Shown here in pieces: positions 49,397-63,548 of a DNA stretch of 64,000 nt. Source of the DNA: Takakia lepidozioides (Eukaryota > Plantae > Bryophyta); NCBI GenBank assembly GCA_030704615.1, contig CM060732.1, positions 76,198,001 to 76,262,000 on the forward strand, read 5' to 3'. Both the position numbers and the translations under genes were made by a program. A model generated the notes under the pieces. The model saw nothing but the letters and a program-made list of their open reading frames with translations, was not told the origin of the DNA and searched no databases. Position 1 is the stretch's first letter. Each line of letters begins with the position of its first letter.

Positions 49397-50827
49397 TGAC
49401 TAGAAGGCTAACACGAATGGACGCCCAAATGTGTTGGAGGGAAGGAGGCCTTGACCAGCAACACTGACGCTGCTGATCTAAGTTCTATTTGCTCATGACT
49501 GTCTATATCTGAGTTTTGTTTTTGACAGCTAAATTAGCAAATTGTGTGTCGATCGCCCAAATGTGACACTAGAAGAGAAACCGGCTTTTTCCACGGCTCT
49601 ACCATCTCACACCTGACACATTCCACGGCTTTTATCACGGGTCTATACACTGAGCCAAGGTGTGGGTCTAAGTATGCCCTAACTGTGGGGTGTCTCACAT
49701 GTGGTCCACACCCCAGGCAAGAACGGTGTGAAAACAGCCATGAGCGTGGCAGGGGTTGGCTTAGTTTACATGGCATGTTACACACTTGTGTGAAATGGGA
49801 ACATACAATTATTTCCACTGATTGTGGTGTATGGGGAGTTTGAGAATGATGCCCTTGGAAAATGATTATGAACTTCATGTTCATGTTTAGAAATCTGCAC
49901 GATGGGCTACTAACAAGTGAAGAATACACCCCATTTTCAATCTCTCCATTATGAAGTCTAGAATGCCCTTGGTAAAATGAGCATGGGGATCGCATTCAAA
50001 GGTGGCCCCGTTCCATTACAACCTATGACACAACTAGGACAAATAGGCATAAGCATGATTTACACTTTTTGCCACAAATCACTTGCATCATCCTTACGTT
50101 GAACTCCTTGTTTATGTGACATGTTTGGACTTTGTCATCTCACACATCAAAGGAAAAACCAGAATATTTCGAAAAAATCCTAACATAAAAATCCTAACCT
50201 AAATTTACTAACAAGTGTTCAAACCAGCCCAATAGTAATATATTTTATTACCATTATCAAATGTTTGTCTACGTGGTGTTTTGGTTTTCTAGACAAATCT
50301 GGTAGCAGGACTTTAGCCTCTGACCTAGAATGAATCAAAGTGCAAAAGGTTAAAAAGTCAAAAAGTTGCTAATAAGGTTGCCCATTAGGGTAATCGTGAA
50401 CACAAAGGAGGGCTGGGACTTGGCATTTTTTTTTGTCTCCCTGCGCCACACCATGTAGCTGAGGGATGGAACGCGATGATCACAGGATATGCAGGGGCGT
50501 GGGATGGAGGCGTTGAGCAAATGATGCAAGAAGGAGGAGAGGAGGAGGAGATGAGACGAGGAGAAGCTTGCAACATTCTTGCGAGCTTGCCGTTCTTGGG
50601 AGAGTTAGCTTGGTCATAGCAGGCCGTGTTTCAATCTCTGCCTACTCAGCTACACCGTGGTGGTTCGATCTCACAGACCAATCCGACATTACCTCACTAC
50701 AGACACAAGCAGCACACACAAGAGGTCATTTTGGGTTGATGGTCGGTCAAGTCATGACACAACCTCAAGGACAATGTGGTGAGGGCATCTTCTTCTTTGA
50801 CCAATTTCAGCCTGTTTTGCCCTCTCA

Positions 50828-53800
50828 CATCATGTTTGTGTGCATTGCAATGCTTGTGCAAGCCTGGCAACCCTTGAGAAGGGCAAAGAGGTGCATGGGG
50901 ATATCATCAAAGCTGGAATTGTACCTAATGTCATTCTAAACACTTCCCTGGCAGCTCTGGAAAAGGGGAAGGAGGTCCGTGGTGACATCTTTAGAGCTGG
51001 AATTGTACCAAATGTCATTTTGAACAATACCCTAGTGGACATGTATGCAAAATGTGGGTGCATCGAGGATGCAAAGGGAGTGTTCAACACTATGGCTGAA
51101 CGAGATGTGGTGTCGTGGAGTGCGATGCTTGCAGGGTATGCACAGCAGGGACGTGGGATGGAGGCTTTGGAAACCTATGAGCAAATGATGGGGGAAGGGG
51201 TCCAGCCCGGCCACATTATGTTTGTATGCATTGCAGGCCTGACAACCCTGGAGAAGGGCAAAAAGGTGCATGGGGATATCATCAAAGCTGGAATTGTACC
51301 TAATGACATTCTAAACACTGCCCTGGCAGCTCCATGTTGACACCTTCAGAGCTGGAATTGTACCAAATGTCATTTTGAACAATACCCTAGTGGACATGTA
51401 TGCAAAATGTGGGTGCATCGAGGATGCAAAGGGAGTGTTCAACACTATCGCTGAATAAGATGTGGTGTCGTGGAGTGCGATGCTTGCAGGGTATGCACAG
51501 CAGACATGGGATGGAGGCTTTGGAGACCTATGAGCAACTGATGGGGGAAGGGGTCCAGCCCGACCACATCATGTTTGTATGCATTGCAGGCCTAGCAGCC
51601 CTGGAGAAGAGCAAAGAGGTGCATTGGGATATCATCAAAGCTGGAATTGTACCTAATGTCATTCGAAACACTGCCCTGGCAGCTCTGGAAAAAGGGAAGG
51701 AGGTCCATGGTGACACCTTCAGAGCTAGAATTGTACCAAATGTCATTTTGAACAATACCCTAGAGGACATGTATGCAAAATGTGGGTGCATCGGGGATAC
51801 AAAGGGAGTGTTCAACACTATCGCTGAACGAGATGTGGAGTCGTGGAATGCGATGCTTGTAGGGTATGCAGAGCAGGGACGTGGAATGGAGGCTTTGGAG
51901 ACCTATGAGCAAATGATGGGGAAAGGGGTCCAGCCCCGCCACATCATGTTTGTATGCATTGTAGGCCTGGCAGCCCTGGAGAAGGGTAAAGAGGTGCATG
52001 GGGATATCATCAAAGCTGGAATTGTACCTTATGTCATTCCATACACTGCCTTGGCAGCTTTGGAAAAGGGGAAGGAGGTCCGTGGTGACATCTTCAGAGC
52101 TGGAATTGTACCAAATGTCATTTTGAACAATACCCTAGTGGATATGTACACGAAATGTGGGTGCATCGCGGATGCAAATGGAGTGTTCAACACTATGGCT
52201 GAACGAGATGTGGTGTCGTGGAGTGCGATGCTTGCAGGGTATGCACAGCAGGGACGTGGGATGGAGGCTTTGGAGACCTATGAGCAAATGATGGGGGAAG
52301 GGGTCCAGCCCGGCCACATTATGTTTGTATGCATTGGAGGCCTGGCAGCCCTGGAGAAGGGTAAAGAGGTGCATGGGGATATCATCAAAGCTGGAATTGT
52401 ACCTTATGTCATTCCATACACTGCCTTGGCAGCTTTGGAAAAGGGGAAGGAGGTCCGTGGTGACATCTTCAGAGCTGGAATTGTACCAAATGTCATTTTG
52501 AACAATACCCTAGTGGATATGTACACGAAATGTGGGTGCATCGCGGATGCAAATGGAGTGTTCAACACTATGGCTGAACGAGATGTGGTGTCGTGGAGTG
52601 CGATGCTTGCAGGGTATGCACAGCAGGGACGTGGGATGGAGGCTTTGGAGACCTATGAGCAAATGATGGGGAAGGGGTCCAGCCCGGCCACATTATGTTT
52701 GTATGCATTGGAGGCCTGGCAGCCCTGGAGAAGGGTAAAGAGGTGCATGGGGATATCATCAAAGCTGGAATTGTACCTTATGTCATTCCATACACTGCCC
52801 TGGCAGCTTTGGAAAAGGGGAAGGAGGTCCGTGGTGACATCTTCAGAGCTGGAATTGTACCAAATGTCATTTTGAACAATACCCTAGTGGATACGCAAAA
52901 TGTGGGTGCATCGGGGATGCAAATGGAGTGCTCAACACTATGGCTGAACGAGATGTGGTGTCGTGGATTGCGATGCTTGCAGGGTATGCACAGCAGGGAC
53001 GTGGGATGGAGGCTTTGGAGACCTATGAGCAAATGATGGGGGAAGGGGTCCAGCCCGGCGACATTATGTTTGTATGCATTGCATGCCTGGCAGCCTTGCA
53101 GAAGGGTAAAGAGGTGCATGGGGATATCATCAAAGCTGGAATTGTACCTTATGTCATTCCATACACTACCCTGGCAGCTCCATGGTAAAACCTCCAGAGC
53201 TGGAATTGTACCAAATGTGCACAATACCCTGGTGGACATGTATGCAAAATGTGGGTGCATCGAGGATGCAAAGGGAGTGTTCAACACTATGGCTGAACGA
53301 GATGTGGTGTCGTGGAGTGCGATGCTTGCAGGGTATGCACAACATGGACGTGAGATGGAGGCTTTGGAGACCTATGAGCAACTGATGGGGGAAGAGGTCC
53401 AACCCGGCCACATCATGTTTGTATGCATTGCAGGCCTTGCAGCCCTGGAGAAGAGCAAAGAGGTGCATGGGGATATCATCAAAGCTGAAATTGTACCTAA
53501 TGTCATTCAAAACACTACCCTGGCAGCTCTGGAAAAAGGGAAGGAGGTCCATGGTGACACCTTCAGAGCTGGAATTGTACCAAATGTCATTTTGAACAAT
53601 ACCCTAGAGGACATGTATGCAAAATGTGGGTGCATCGGGGATACAAAGGGAGTGTTCAACACTATCGCTGAACGAGATGTGGTGTCGTGGAGATGCTTGT
53701 AGGGTATGCACAGCAGGGACGTGGGATGGAGGCTTTGGAGACCTATGAGCAAATGATGGAGGAAGGGGTCCAGCCCAGCCACATTATGATTGTATGCATT

Positions 53801-56097
53801 GGAGGCCTGGCAGCCCTGGAGAAGGGTAAAGAGGTGCATGGGGATATCATCAAAGCTGAAATTGTACCTAATGTCATTCAAAACACTGCCCTGTCAGCTC
53901 TGGAAAAGGGGAAGGAGGTCCGTGGTGACATCTTCAGAGCTGGAATTGTACCAAATGTCATTTTGAACAATACCTTAGTGGATATGTACGCAAAATGTGG
54001 GTGCATCGGGGATGCAAATGGAGTGTTCAACACTATGGCTGAACGAGATGTGGTGTCGTGGAGTGCGATGCTTGTAGGGAATGCACAGCAGGGACGTGGG
54101 ATGGAGGCTTTGGAGACCTATGAGCAAATGATGGGGGAAGGGGTCCAGCCCGGCCAAATTATGTTTGTATGCATTGCAGGCCTGGCAGCCCTGGAGAAGG
54201 GTAAAGAGGTGCATGGGGATATCATCAAAGCTGGAATTGTACCTTATGTCATTCCATACACTGCCCTGGCAGCTTTGGAAAAGGGGAAGGAGGTCCGTGG
54301 TGACATCTTCAGAGCTGGAATTGTACCAAATGTCATTTTGAACAATACTCTAGTGGATATGTACGCAAAATGTGGGTGCATCGGGGATGCAAATGGAGTG
54401 TTCAACACTATGGCTGAACGAGATGTGGTGTCGTGGAGTGCGATGCTTGCAGGGTATGCACAGCAGGGACGTGGGATGGAGGCTTTGGAGACCTATGAGC
54501 AAATGATGGGGGAAGGGGTCCAGCCCGGCCACATTATGTTTGTATGCATTGGAGGCCTGGCAGCCCTGGAGAAGGGTAAAGAGGTGCATGGGGATATCAT
54601 CAAAGCTGTAATTGTACCTTATGTCATTCCATACACTGCCCTGGCAGCTCCATGGTAAAACCTCTAGAGCTGGAATTGTACCAAATGTCATTTTGCACAA
54701 TACCCTGGTGGACATGTATGCAAAATGTGGGTGCATCGAGGATGCAAAGGGAGTGTTCAACACTATGGCTGAATGAGATGTGGTGTCGTGGAGTGCGATG
54801 CTTGCAGGGTATGCACAACATGGACGTGGGATGGATGCTTTGGAAACCTATGAGCAAATGATGGGGGAAGGGGTCCAGCCCGGCCACATTATGTTTGTAT
54901 GCATTGCAGGCCTGGCAACCCTGGAGAAGGGCAAAAAGGTGCATGGGGATATCATCAAAGCTGGAATTGTACCTAATGACATTCTAAACACTGCCCTGGC
55001 AGCTCCATGTTGACACCTTCAGAGCTGGAATTGTACCAAATGTCATTTTGAACAATACCCTAGTGGACATGTATGCAAAATGTGGGTGCATCGAGGATGC
55101 AAAGGGAGTGTTCAACACTATGGCTGAACGAGATGTGGTGTCGTGGAGTGCGATGCTTGCAGGGTATGCACAACATGGACGTGGGACGGAGGCTTTGGAG
55201 ACCTATGAGCAACTGATGGGGGAAGAGGTCCAACCCGGCCACATCATGTTTGTATGCATTGCAGGGCTGGCAGCCCTGGAGAAGGGCAAAGAGGTGCATG
55301 GGGATATTATCAAAGCTGAAATTGTACCTAATGTCATTCAAAACACTACTCTGGCAGCTCTGGAAAAAGGGAAGGAGGTCCATGGTGACTTCTTCAGAGC
55401 TAGAATTGTACCAAATGTCATTTTGAACAATACCCTAGAGGACATGTATGCAAAATGTGGGTGCATCGGGGATACAAAGGGAGTGTTCAACACTATCGCT
55501 GAACGAGATGTGGTGTCGTGGAGTGTGATGCTTGTAGAGTATGCACAGCAGGGACGTAGGATGGAGGCTTTGTAGACCTATGAGCAAATGATGGGGGAAG
55601 GGGTTCAGCCCAGCCACATTATGTTTGTATGCATTGGAGGCCTGGCAGCCCTGGAGAAGGGTAAAGAGGTGCATGGGGATATCATCAAAGCTGAAATTGT
55701 ACCTAATGTCATTCGAAACACTGCCCTCGCAGCTCTGGAAAAGGGGAAGGAGGTCCGTGGTGACATCTTCAGAGCTGGAATTGTACCAAATGTCATTTTG
55801 AACAATACCCTTGTGGACATGTACGCAAAATGTGGGTACATCGGAATGGAGTGTTCAACACTATGGCTAAACGGGATGTGATGTCGTTGAGTGCGATGCT
55901 TGTAGGGTATGCACAGCATGGACGTGGGATGGAGGCTTTGGAAACCTATGAGCAAATGATGGGGGAAGGGGTCCAGCCCGGCCACATCATGTTTGTATGC
56001 ATTGTAGGCCTGGCAGCCTTGGAGAAAGGCAAAGAGGTGCATGGGGATATCATCAATGCTGGAATTGTACCTAATGTCATTCGAAACACTGCCCTCA
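50828..56097 (+). repeat. Tandem array (~14-15 units, ~350-385 bp, canonical 375 bp) of a rearranged PLS-class PPR triplet; pseudogene-like
   Basis: The unit encodes S (NTLVDMYAKCG), P (VVSWSAMLAGYAQQG) and a shortened L plus a partial second L. Frameshifts and stops are scattered through it; no E/DYW domain follows. Confidence 0.92.
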
Positions 56098-58755
56098 GAT
56101 CTCTTCTTGATGGTTTTTGTTTTCGATACGACCAGTGATGCGTCTTGGTTTTATGCTTTGTTGATGTTTACTGGATTCTGTCTCCTTGGCCTCTTACAGA
56201 TGTCGACGACGGTCTCAGAACCATCTTTGGCCACCGTGTGCACTCCTACGCCCTTTTTTTTTTATACTGACAGAACAAAAAATCAACGCAAGGGAGACAC
56301 CGACATAAGTCTATCTCAAAACATCCTTATGTTGTGCCTTGGCATAATAACACGCAGGAACCTCCACTGGGCAGGCGAGGTTCGGGTGGTTTGTCCTGCC
56401 GGAGTTTATGGAGGTCTACTAGAGGTCTAGTGGTCTATGGAGACTAGTCTACTAGAGTAGCCTAGGCCCGAAGAAAAACCCGTTTTCAAATATCGGAAAT
56501 TCGAAAAAAACAATCGCAAAAAACCTTGATCCTAACTCGCCATAACCCTAATCCATAACCCCAATAATCCAGCAGCACCAGTAAACCAGGACCACAAACC
56601 ACCCATACCAACCACCCTTACAAACCACCATACAGACCACCAGCAGTGAAGCAGCAATGCATTGAAACAACTAAATTTTAATCAATTCAAACAAATTGAA
56701 ACAGCTTTGGAACCAATGAATTGAAATGAGATGCTCCGCATCAGACACTACATCACACTCATGAAACGTGACATGCAAGTAAAAAATGGTGCTCTATAAC
56801 CTCTGGAACGAAAGCGAGTGAGGAAGAGAAGCAAACCAACAGCGACGTGGGCGATGCTGACCAACAAAAGCAACAGCAAAACAAAAAGAAAAGCAAATCA
56901 ACAAACAGAACAAAGAGAGAATGAGAGAATGACATCAAAGCGAGCAAGAGAGAATGACATCAAACCAGAAAGAAACTGTAAACGAGAACATTACCTGCTG
57001 GATGCCTGAGCCATTTCGGTGCCCCTGTTGTTGACCTGAAACGCCTGACCCTTAAGCTTCCACCGCTCCGCTCCGCTCTCCCTTACGCTCTGCTTCCCTC
57101 CCGTCTCCTGTCTGCACTTGAATCCGCTGTCTGCTTCCTTTCTTCCACTGCACTCTCACGCTGCATTGAACTACACGCTCTCTTCTCTCAGCTCTCACGA
57201 CACCCTGCACAACACGCTCTCTGCTCTTCACGCTCTCCCCTCTTCAAAACTCTCTGTTTTCTAGGGCTAGTCGGTCTTACCACTTCCGCAGCGCTTCCGC
57301 GTACACAATGGAGTGGCGAAAGGGTGGGCTGAACGACCACACCCCTTATATGGTGCCGTCGCAAAGGATCTGAACCATCGCGTCATTTCGAAATCGAACG
57401 GTCGCGCGTGTTCTATCCAACATCCATGCAAATATCATCCAATTCATCCTTTCCATTCTGTCCATCCATTTTACGAATGATTAGATGAAATGAAAAAACA
57501 GATAAATGAACGACAAAATGTTACGTTAATGATCCCTTGCACATGATCATCAATTATAACCCCGCGGGATATTTCCCACACCCCAAACGTAACGATAAAT
57601 GAAATGTACAAGTCAGATCCTCCTACGACGTTTTGCCGCTGGGACTTATTGCTCCTGACCATGTCTACATTCGGCGGATTAAGGCTTGGAATATTTCCTC
57701 TGTCACTCATTTACGCCCGCCGCATTCTCGGCCGAGTGTCATAGTTGCACAATTTCATGAAACGCTTATCATCGGCGTCAGGCCTTGATCCACTTGGACA
57801 GCATTGAAAGCGAAATTACTACTTTATAAGCACGAGTGCGAAACCATTGAACCACCGTTATCGGCCGTTATCGTTCTGGCATCATAATTGTTACGTAGGG
57901 ATCTACCAGTAAAGGACACTCTTTTCCGAAATCGGTCAAAGAGTGCACTCCTGCACCATCCATAACCGTTCGATTGTGGCCATATCGGATATCAACGGCA
58001 ACGGAAATCGATCCGCAAGACAATGTATCGCACTATCCCATTGGAGGAGTTCCAGCGGGCAACCTGGTTTCCACCTCTATATAAGGTCTGAGTGCAAACT
58101 GTTCAGACTTCTATCTCCATACCTCTCACTTGAAGATTGTGTTTCCCGCACCTCTGGTCATCTCCCACCTCACTTCCCATAGTGCACCTCTCTGAGCATC
58201 CTGTACCTCTGTGGCCATCGCAAGTGTACCTCTCTGAATTTCCATAATCTCTCGTGTGAACTGCATTTTCTCCCGTAGAAAATGTTATGACATCTGTGTG
58301 TTTTCGATACTCTACAGGAAAATCTACTTATTTGTCATCTGCATGTTTAGAAATTACAGTCCAATACTCTCCAATTTCTGTATTTCGTCATACCTCAAGT
58401 CGTGGACCTCCACTGGACAGTCGCATCAATGCTCACATCCATCTGTCATTACAATTATTCATCCACGTAACCAAATTCATCCACTAATATTCATCCGTCC
58501 GATTTTTTCATCTGTATCTCATCTAACCTCCACTGTACAGTGGAGGTTATATAATTAGACACAATCTTCACATGACGTGTTCCAGACCAAACAGTAATTC
58601 CATTTCTATTCTATTTTTCTGAAATGGTCATACGCGAGTGTATTTCCTTTTATTGTATTGATTCATCTCTGAATATAGTCTTAACTCATACTGCTTATTA
58701 CTGTGAATAAGGTCCTCACGGAGGGGTTTTCAGTTTCCTGAACCTCGCGTGTGCA

Positions 58756-61700
58756 GTGGAGGTTCCGGTGATCATGAGCTTAGAGACGGGTCAAAGAGTG
58801 TTTCTTACTCTTCCCGGATCTTCATCTCCAGTAGCAACGGGGGACTGCCTTAATGTCTCCGGGGATGGGACCTGTCATGGACACCAATTATCTTCCTCAA
58901 CCATTTCAGTTGTTCTCATCTCCTGTGATGAAGCACACTCATGTCATCTTCCTTATGGACATATGGATGGTGACACCTTGAAGGAGGCCATTGGGACCCC
59001 GGTGATGTGGAATGTTCGCGAAGTTCATGCGGAGAATAATGAGTATCAAGGAGGGCTAGACATGAATCCTGATTTTATGCTGGAGATAAGGGATTCTGCC
59101 GAGAATTCTGATGTCGACGAGGATGAATCAAACCACAGACCATCGAAGAGTTCTGGGAATCCGAGCGGAGGACTCGGAAGAAACAACTGGAGAAACTTGC
59201 AGTGCGTACTGTTGGGTGATGATGGGGGTGCACTATTCGAGGGGAGGATTCAAGCCTGCATTCCGAACGAGGTGATCCTCAATGATAAACTGGGAGAGGA
59301 CGATATTGGAGTTCTTGTCACCAGAATACTTTCTGGAGGATCTGGATCTTTGATGTCTCTTGTAAAATGACCTTTCACTACAACAGATCGCGGTAGTTAT
59401 GACTGCCAAACCGTGGTAGTCATGGTTTTCTTGATTTTGACCATGACTGCACCATGTTTTTATATGAAATTGACCTCCCGCAGTCGTTCATACGACTGTA
59501 GTCATATGAATGACTATCTAAGTAGTCATCTGTATGACTACATGGCTCCGGAATGGGCGGAAGGCTGGTCAACGGCAATTGACCAGATTTAGCTCACCAT
59601 TCATAGTCATTTCCATGACTACATTGTACATGGATGAGATTACATAGTCATGATGACTACTGGGGATTTTGTAATTTGGTGTGTATAATACAATTAAAAC
59701 ACCATGTGATTACATGAATGACTAATGGGTGTATTGGTTAGTAGGTAGTGAACTATAACTCTTATAGTAAAGAGGTTGCAGGTTCAAACTCCTCTAAGTA
59801 CAATCAAATGGATAAGATGGCCCTAGGGTTAGTAGGCAAGCTAGAAATAACACGTGGTAGCCTAGATGAGCTGCCACGTGGTTTTTATTATTATTATAAA
59901 ATACATTATGCCACGTGGCACAATGCGGTGCGACGCGGTGTCCGACATATATATATATATTTAGTTTTTTAAATTAAATTATTTTTTTAATCAATTGCGC
60001 CTCGCCACGTGGCGTGGCAGCGGCGACTACAGTATGATGGTATATATGACTGCAGTGAGAGATATCACTTGGTTCATCTGACTGTAGTCATCCGGACCGT
60101 ACCATCTTGTACTCATTGTATTCACTTGGTTTGCACGACTTACAGTCATAGAAGTCATATGTACCGTTTATGATTGCAGCATAGTCATATATACAGTCAT
60201 AAATACCGCGATCTGTTGTAGTGCTTTAATAAAAACACGACTTTTGGAAAGTGAGAGACTATTCTCAAATGATCTGGAGAATTTTATTAGATCCTCTGAC
60301 ACTATCTTGTACGAAGATCACGAGGCAGATGTGAAGAAAGCGGCGTATCGGCATTTTACGAGGAAGAAGAGGGATCGAGATTTGGAACACTCCAAAAAAA
60401 GAATGAAGAATCTTACTCTGAGTCCAGTCAATGAACAGCAAACCTTGCTGCAGACTTCACTGCTGTCAATATTTCGATTGGCGAAAAACCTTGGCTATCC
60501 GTACTTCGTTTTGGGGATCTACTTTCGACGAGAGGAGAGAACACGGTCTAAATGTTTCAAAACGACTTCACATGCTGGAAGGGACCTCTCGCAGGGCATA
60601 CGTTACGATTGAGGGTGTAGATATTTGTGAGACTGCTTGGTGGATAATTCATGGAATTGACAGGTCCACATACATGGAGTACAAAAAGTTGAGTAAACAG
60701 GGTTGGTTGTCAAGTCTCCATGGGAACCGTGGAGTGAAGAGGCCACGCCCAAGGACGCTTCAGACAAAGGGTAACATTATGTCCATTATCAACGGAAATA
60801 CTGACCTCATGCCCCATAAAACAAGTGCATTGGGGAGGGAAGGATGGATACTTTGAGAGTCTTACTATTTGAAATGAACTGGAAGCGAATACGAGACGAG
60901 TCCAACGAGGTATGAAATCTCCATTCTTCAATTTCTTTCCTGGAAGTTTTTTCTGATTCAATGTGGATGATCCTCCCTGCGATTTTGTGTCTTTTCGACT
61001 GTGGTTCTAGTTTCATGAACCTCCACTGTCCAGTGGACGTTCCTTTCCTGACCCTACCTTATTGTAACAGACCAACAAACTTTTTGGGTTGGAAGGAGTC
61101 TCGCAGTCGGCTGTTAGCCGCATCCGGAGTCGGATATTTCCTAACGCGGAGGTTCGTAAAACTGGGAGCACATTTGCGAAGTGCACGGAGTGTGAGATGT
61201 TAAAGGACCTGATCAGAAAGTCTGTCAAGAGAAGTACGAAGCAGGTGACACACAAACGAGAGCTTGATAAACATTTGAGGCACCAAGAGTCGTGCAGAAG
61301 ACTGTACCATAGCTGGAGGAATGAGTCTGTTATGATTCCGGAGGAGTCTCTATGTATTATTCACGACAAAATGGATCATATGAAAACAGCTGTTCCAAGA
61401 CTACAGACTCCAAACAAGATGATTTCTGGATTGGGTCAGCTTCCAGTTTCACTAACGAGAATGTTCACGCACGGACATGGTGATAGAGCTTACGGATAGT
61501 ATTTTCTTGAGTTCTGGAAAGGAAATTCAAACTTTACAATTGGTTCTTTGGCACGTTGCCTGCGCCAGCTGGAGAAGCCAACCTGTCGCGAGTCCAGGAA
61601 CATTTTCGATTGCCGACTTCAAAACGAGTTTTTTGAATCATTTTTAAGAGGTAAATCGAGATGTTTGGATGCTCTTAAACCTTGCAGGCCGGAAGACAAA

Positions 61701-63014
61701 CGTGGTGCTTGCCCACTTCCGAGAAGACTGTACTTGCAAATGGACAACTCCGCGAAAGACAATAAAAACAGATGGATGCTTGCTTTTCTATCCCTCCTGA
61801 CCGCCAAAGATGTTTTTGAAGAAATCCAGCTAGGGTTCCTAATGGTCGGACACACCCATGAGGACATCGACGGGTTCTTCAGCTATCTATTGAAGAAGCT
61901 GAAGGAATGAAGCACCTACATTCTTTCAGATTTGATGAGGTCTTTTATGACCTCGCAAGATCTACAGTTCATTCCACAGATTATTCAGGAGGTTCCCGAC
62001 TTCAAGAATTTTGTCAAGGGCTGTATTCTGGATGGAAAAGAGTCGTTTGTCGGGATTTCGGAGATGCACGTCTTCCGCTTTTTTAAGGATGCCGAGGGCT
62101 GGCCCGTCATGAAGTACAAGAAGTCCACTACTGATTCGGATTGGCTTCCAACAAACAATAGCATGAAGATGTGGAAGTCCAATCCGGACAGGACTCCCAA
62201 GCTCCCTGAAGGAGACCCAAACGCCGTTCCAAGGAGACCTATTTGGGGAGTCGGGGACGATTCCTCCGAAAAACAGTCATTCATTAAGAATGGAATAAAA
62301 AAATACAGGGATTTTTGGACGAAATGAATGATGCTTGACGATCATTACAGAGGTCGAATGGAACAATACGACCAGTACTGGGGAAACATTCTCGCCGAGC
62401 TGGATAAGCCAATTCCAGAAACTCCCAAGCGTATTCAGCTTCTTGAGGGATTCTGGCCGAAAACAAATTGGTCCAAGAATCATCACAGAGATGGAATCCA
62501 TCCACATATAGTGCCAGATGTGGAAGAAGAGGATGAAATCCTGGAACCTTACTATGGCCCGAGGTATGAGCGACCAAGAATATCCTTGAATCTGTTCAAG
62601 GATATTGAGAAAGGGTTTTTTGTGCTTGTTCGCCCTCATGACCCAAGTACGTGCCTGGTCTGGACGGGGGTGACAATATCTGATGGGATCCGCGAAAGGG
62701 AGGATCCTAATTTTAAGAAGGTGAAGGTGGAGTGGTGGAGACCGAGAAAAGGTGGTAACCCAATAGACTTGGAAAGGTACATGGACTGTTGGTCAAAACT
62801 TTGGGAGTATAACTCGTCAGATCCTCCTCAATGTGTGGACAATGCCTCCACGAAAAATACGACAAGGAATAGCACTAAGAGAATTACTACAGCCGAAGTA
62901 ATGAAGGCGCGCGCTAATTTGGAGGAGGCTAATCGTCAGTCAGAAAGCGAGTCGTGCGAGCGAGTTCCAGACCAAGGACATATTGTTGAGGTCAACTCCA
63001 ATATTTCGATTTAA
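58756..63014 (+). pseudogene. Sola/DUF7869-like DDD transposase with accessory N- and C-terminal domains, disrupted
   Basis: HGNRG; AKCTEC; IIHDKMD; LQMDNSAKDNKN; FLMVGHTHEDIDGFFS. Probable intron at 60910-61070; stops, frameshifts and a MITE insertion; TATA-like tatataag at ~58078. Confidence 0.75.
59376..60223. mobile_element. 848-bp non-autonomous CACTA-ended element (MITE-like)
   Basis: TIR cactacaacagatcgcggta / taccgcgatctgttgtagtg; cttt on both flanks; many internal atgact/agtcat motifs. Confidence 0.92.
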
Positions 63015-63548
63015 TAAATATTTTTTCTTCTTCTCTATATGGCCTTTCTTGTTTGCGTTGGGGGATCCTTTTGTTATCTTCTTATGTCGCAATGAACCTC
63101 GAATGTCTAGTGGACGTTCTCGTCCTTTGTTTCTGGTTTGCTGGATTCTAGCCTGCTGTACGTCCTGGTCAACAAAGAAAACCCTGTGGGGGAGTTTCGC
63201 CTACATAACATATAGATCACAAGAACAAAATGGGCGGGCACGACCACTGGAGTCTTCAAATTCGGTCAAAGAGGTTTTTAACAACGGAAGAAAATAGCCC
63301 ATTTCCAGTCCTTCTCTGAAACATTGGATTTGCTTTTCGCATAACCAATTCTCCCACTGAAGTCTCCCACTAGGAGGAGCCTTACTCAATCGTTATTGAC
63401 ATACTTTTTAATTTGCCAGTCCTGAAGTTTTTTCTCTTAGGTTTTCCTCCATTTTCCCTCTAAGCTCTACGATTTTTCTGCACCAAATTTTCATTTCATT
63501 TCATTTCATTTTCATATTGGCAGGAGGGAAGTCTAGCATATTCTACAG

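Noticed and set aside
51400-54658. 491-aa and 323-aa ORFs as functional PPR editing factors
   Set aside because: They are stretches between frameshifts in the tandem array, with malformed L motifs and no targeting peptide or E/DYW domain.
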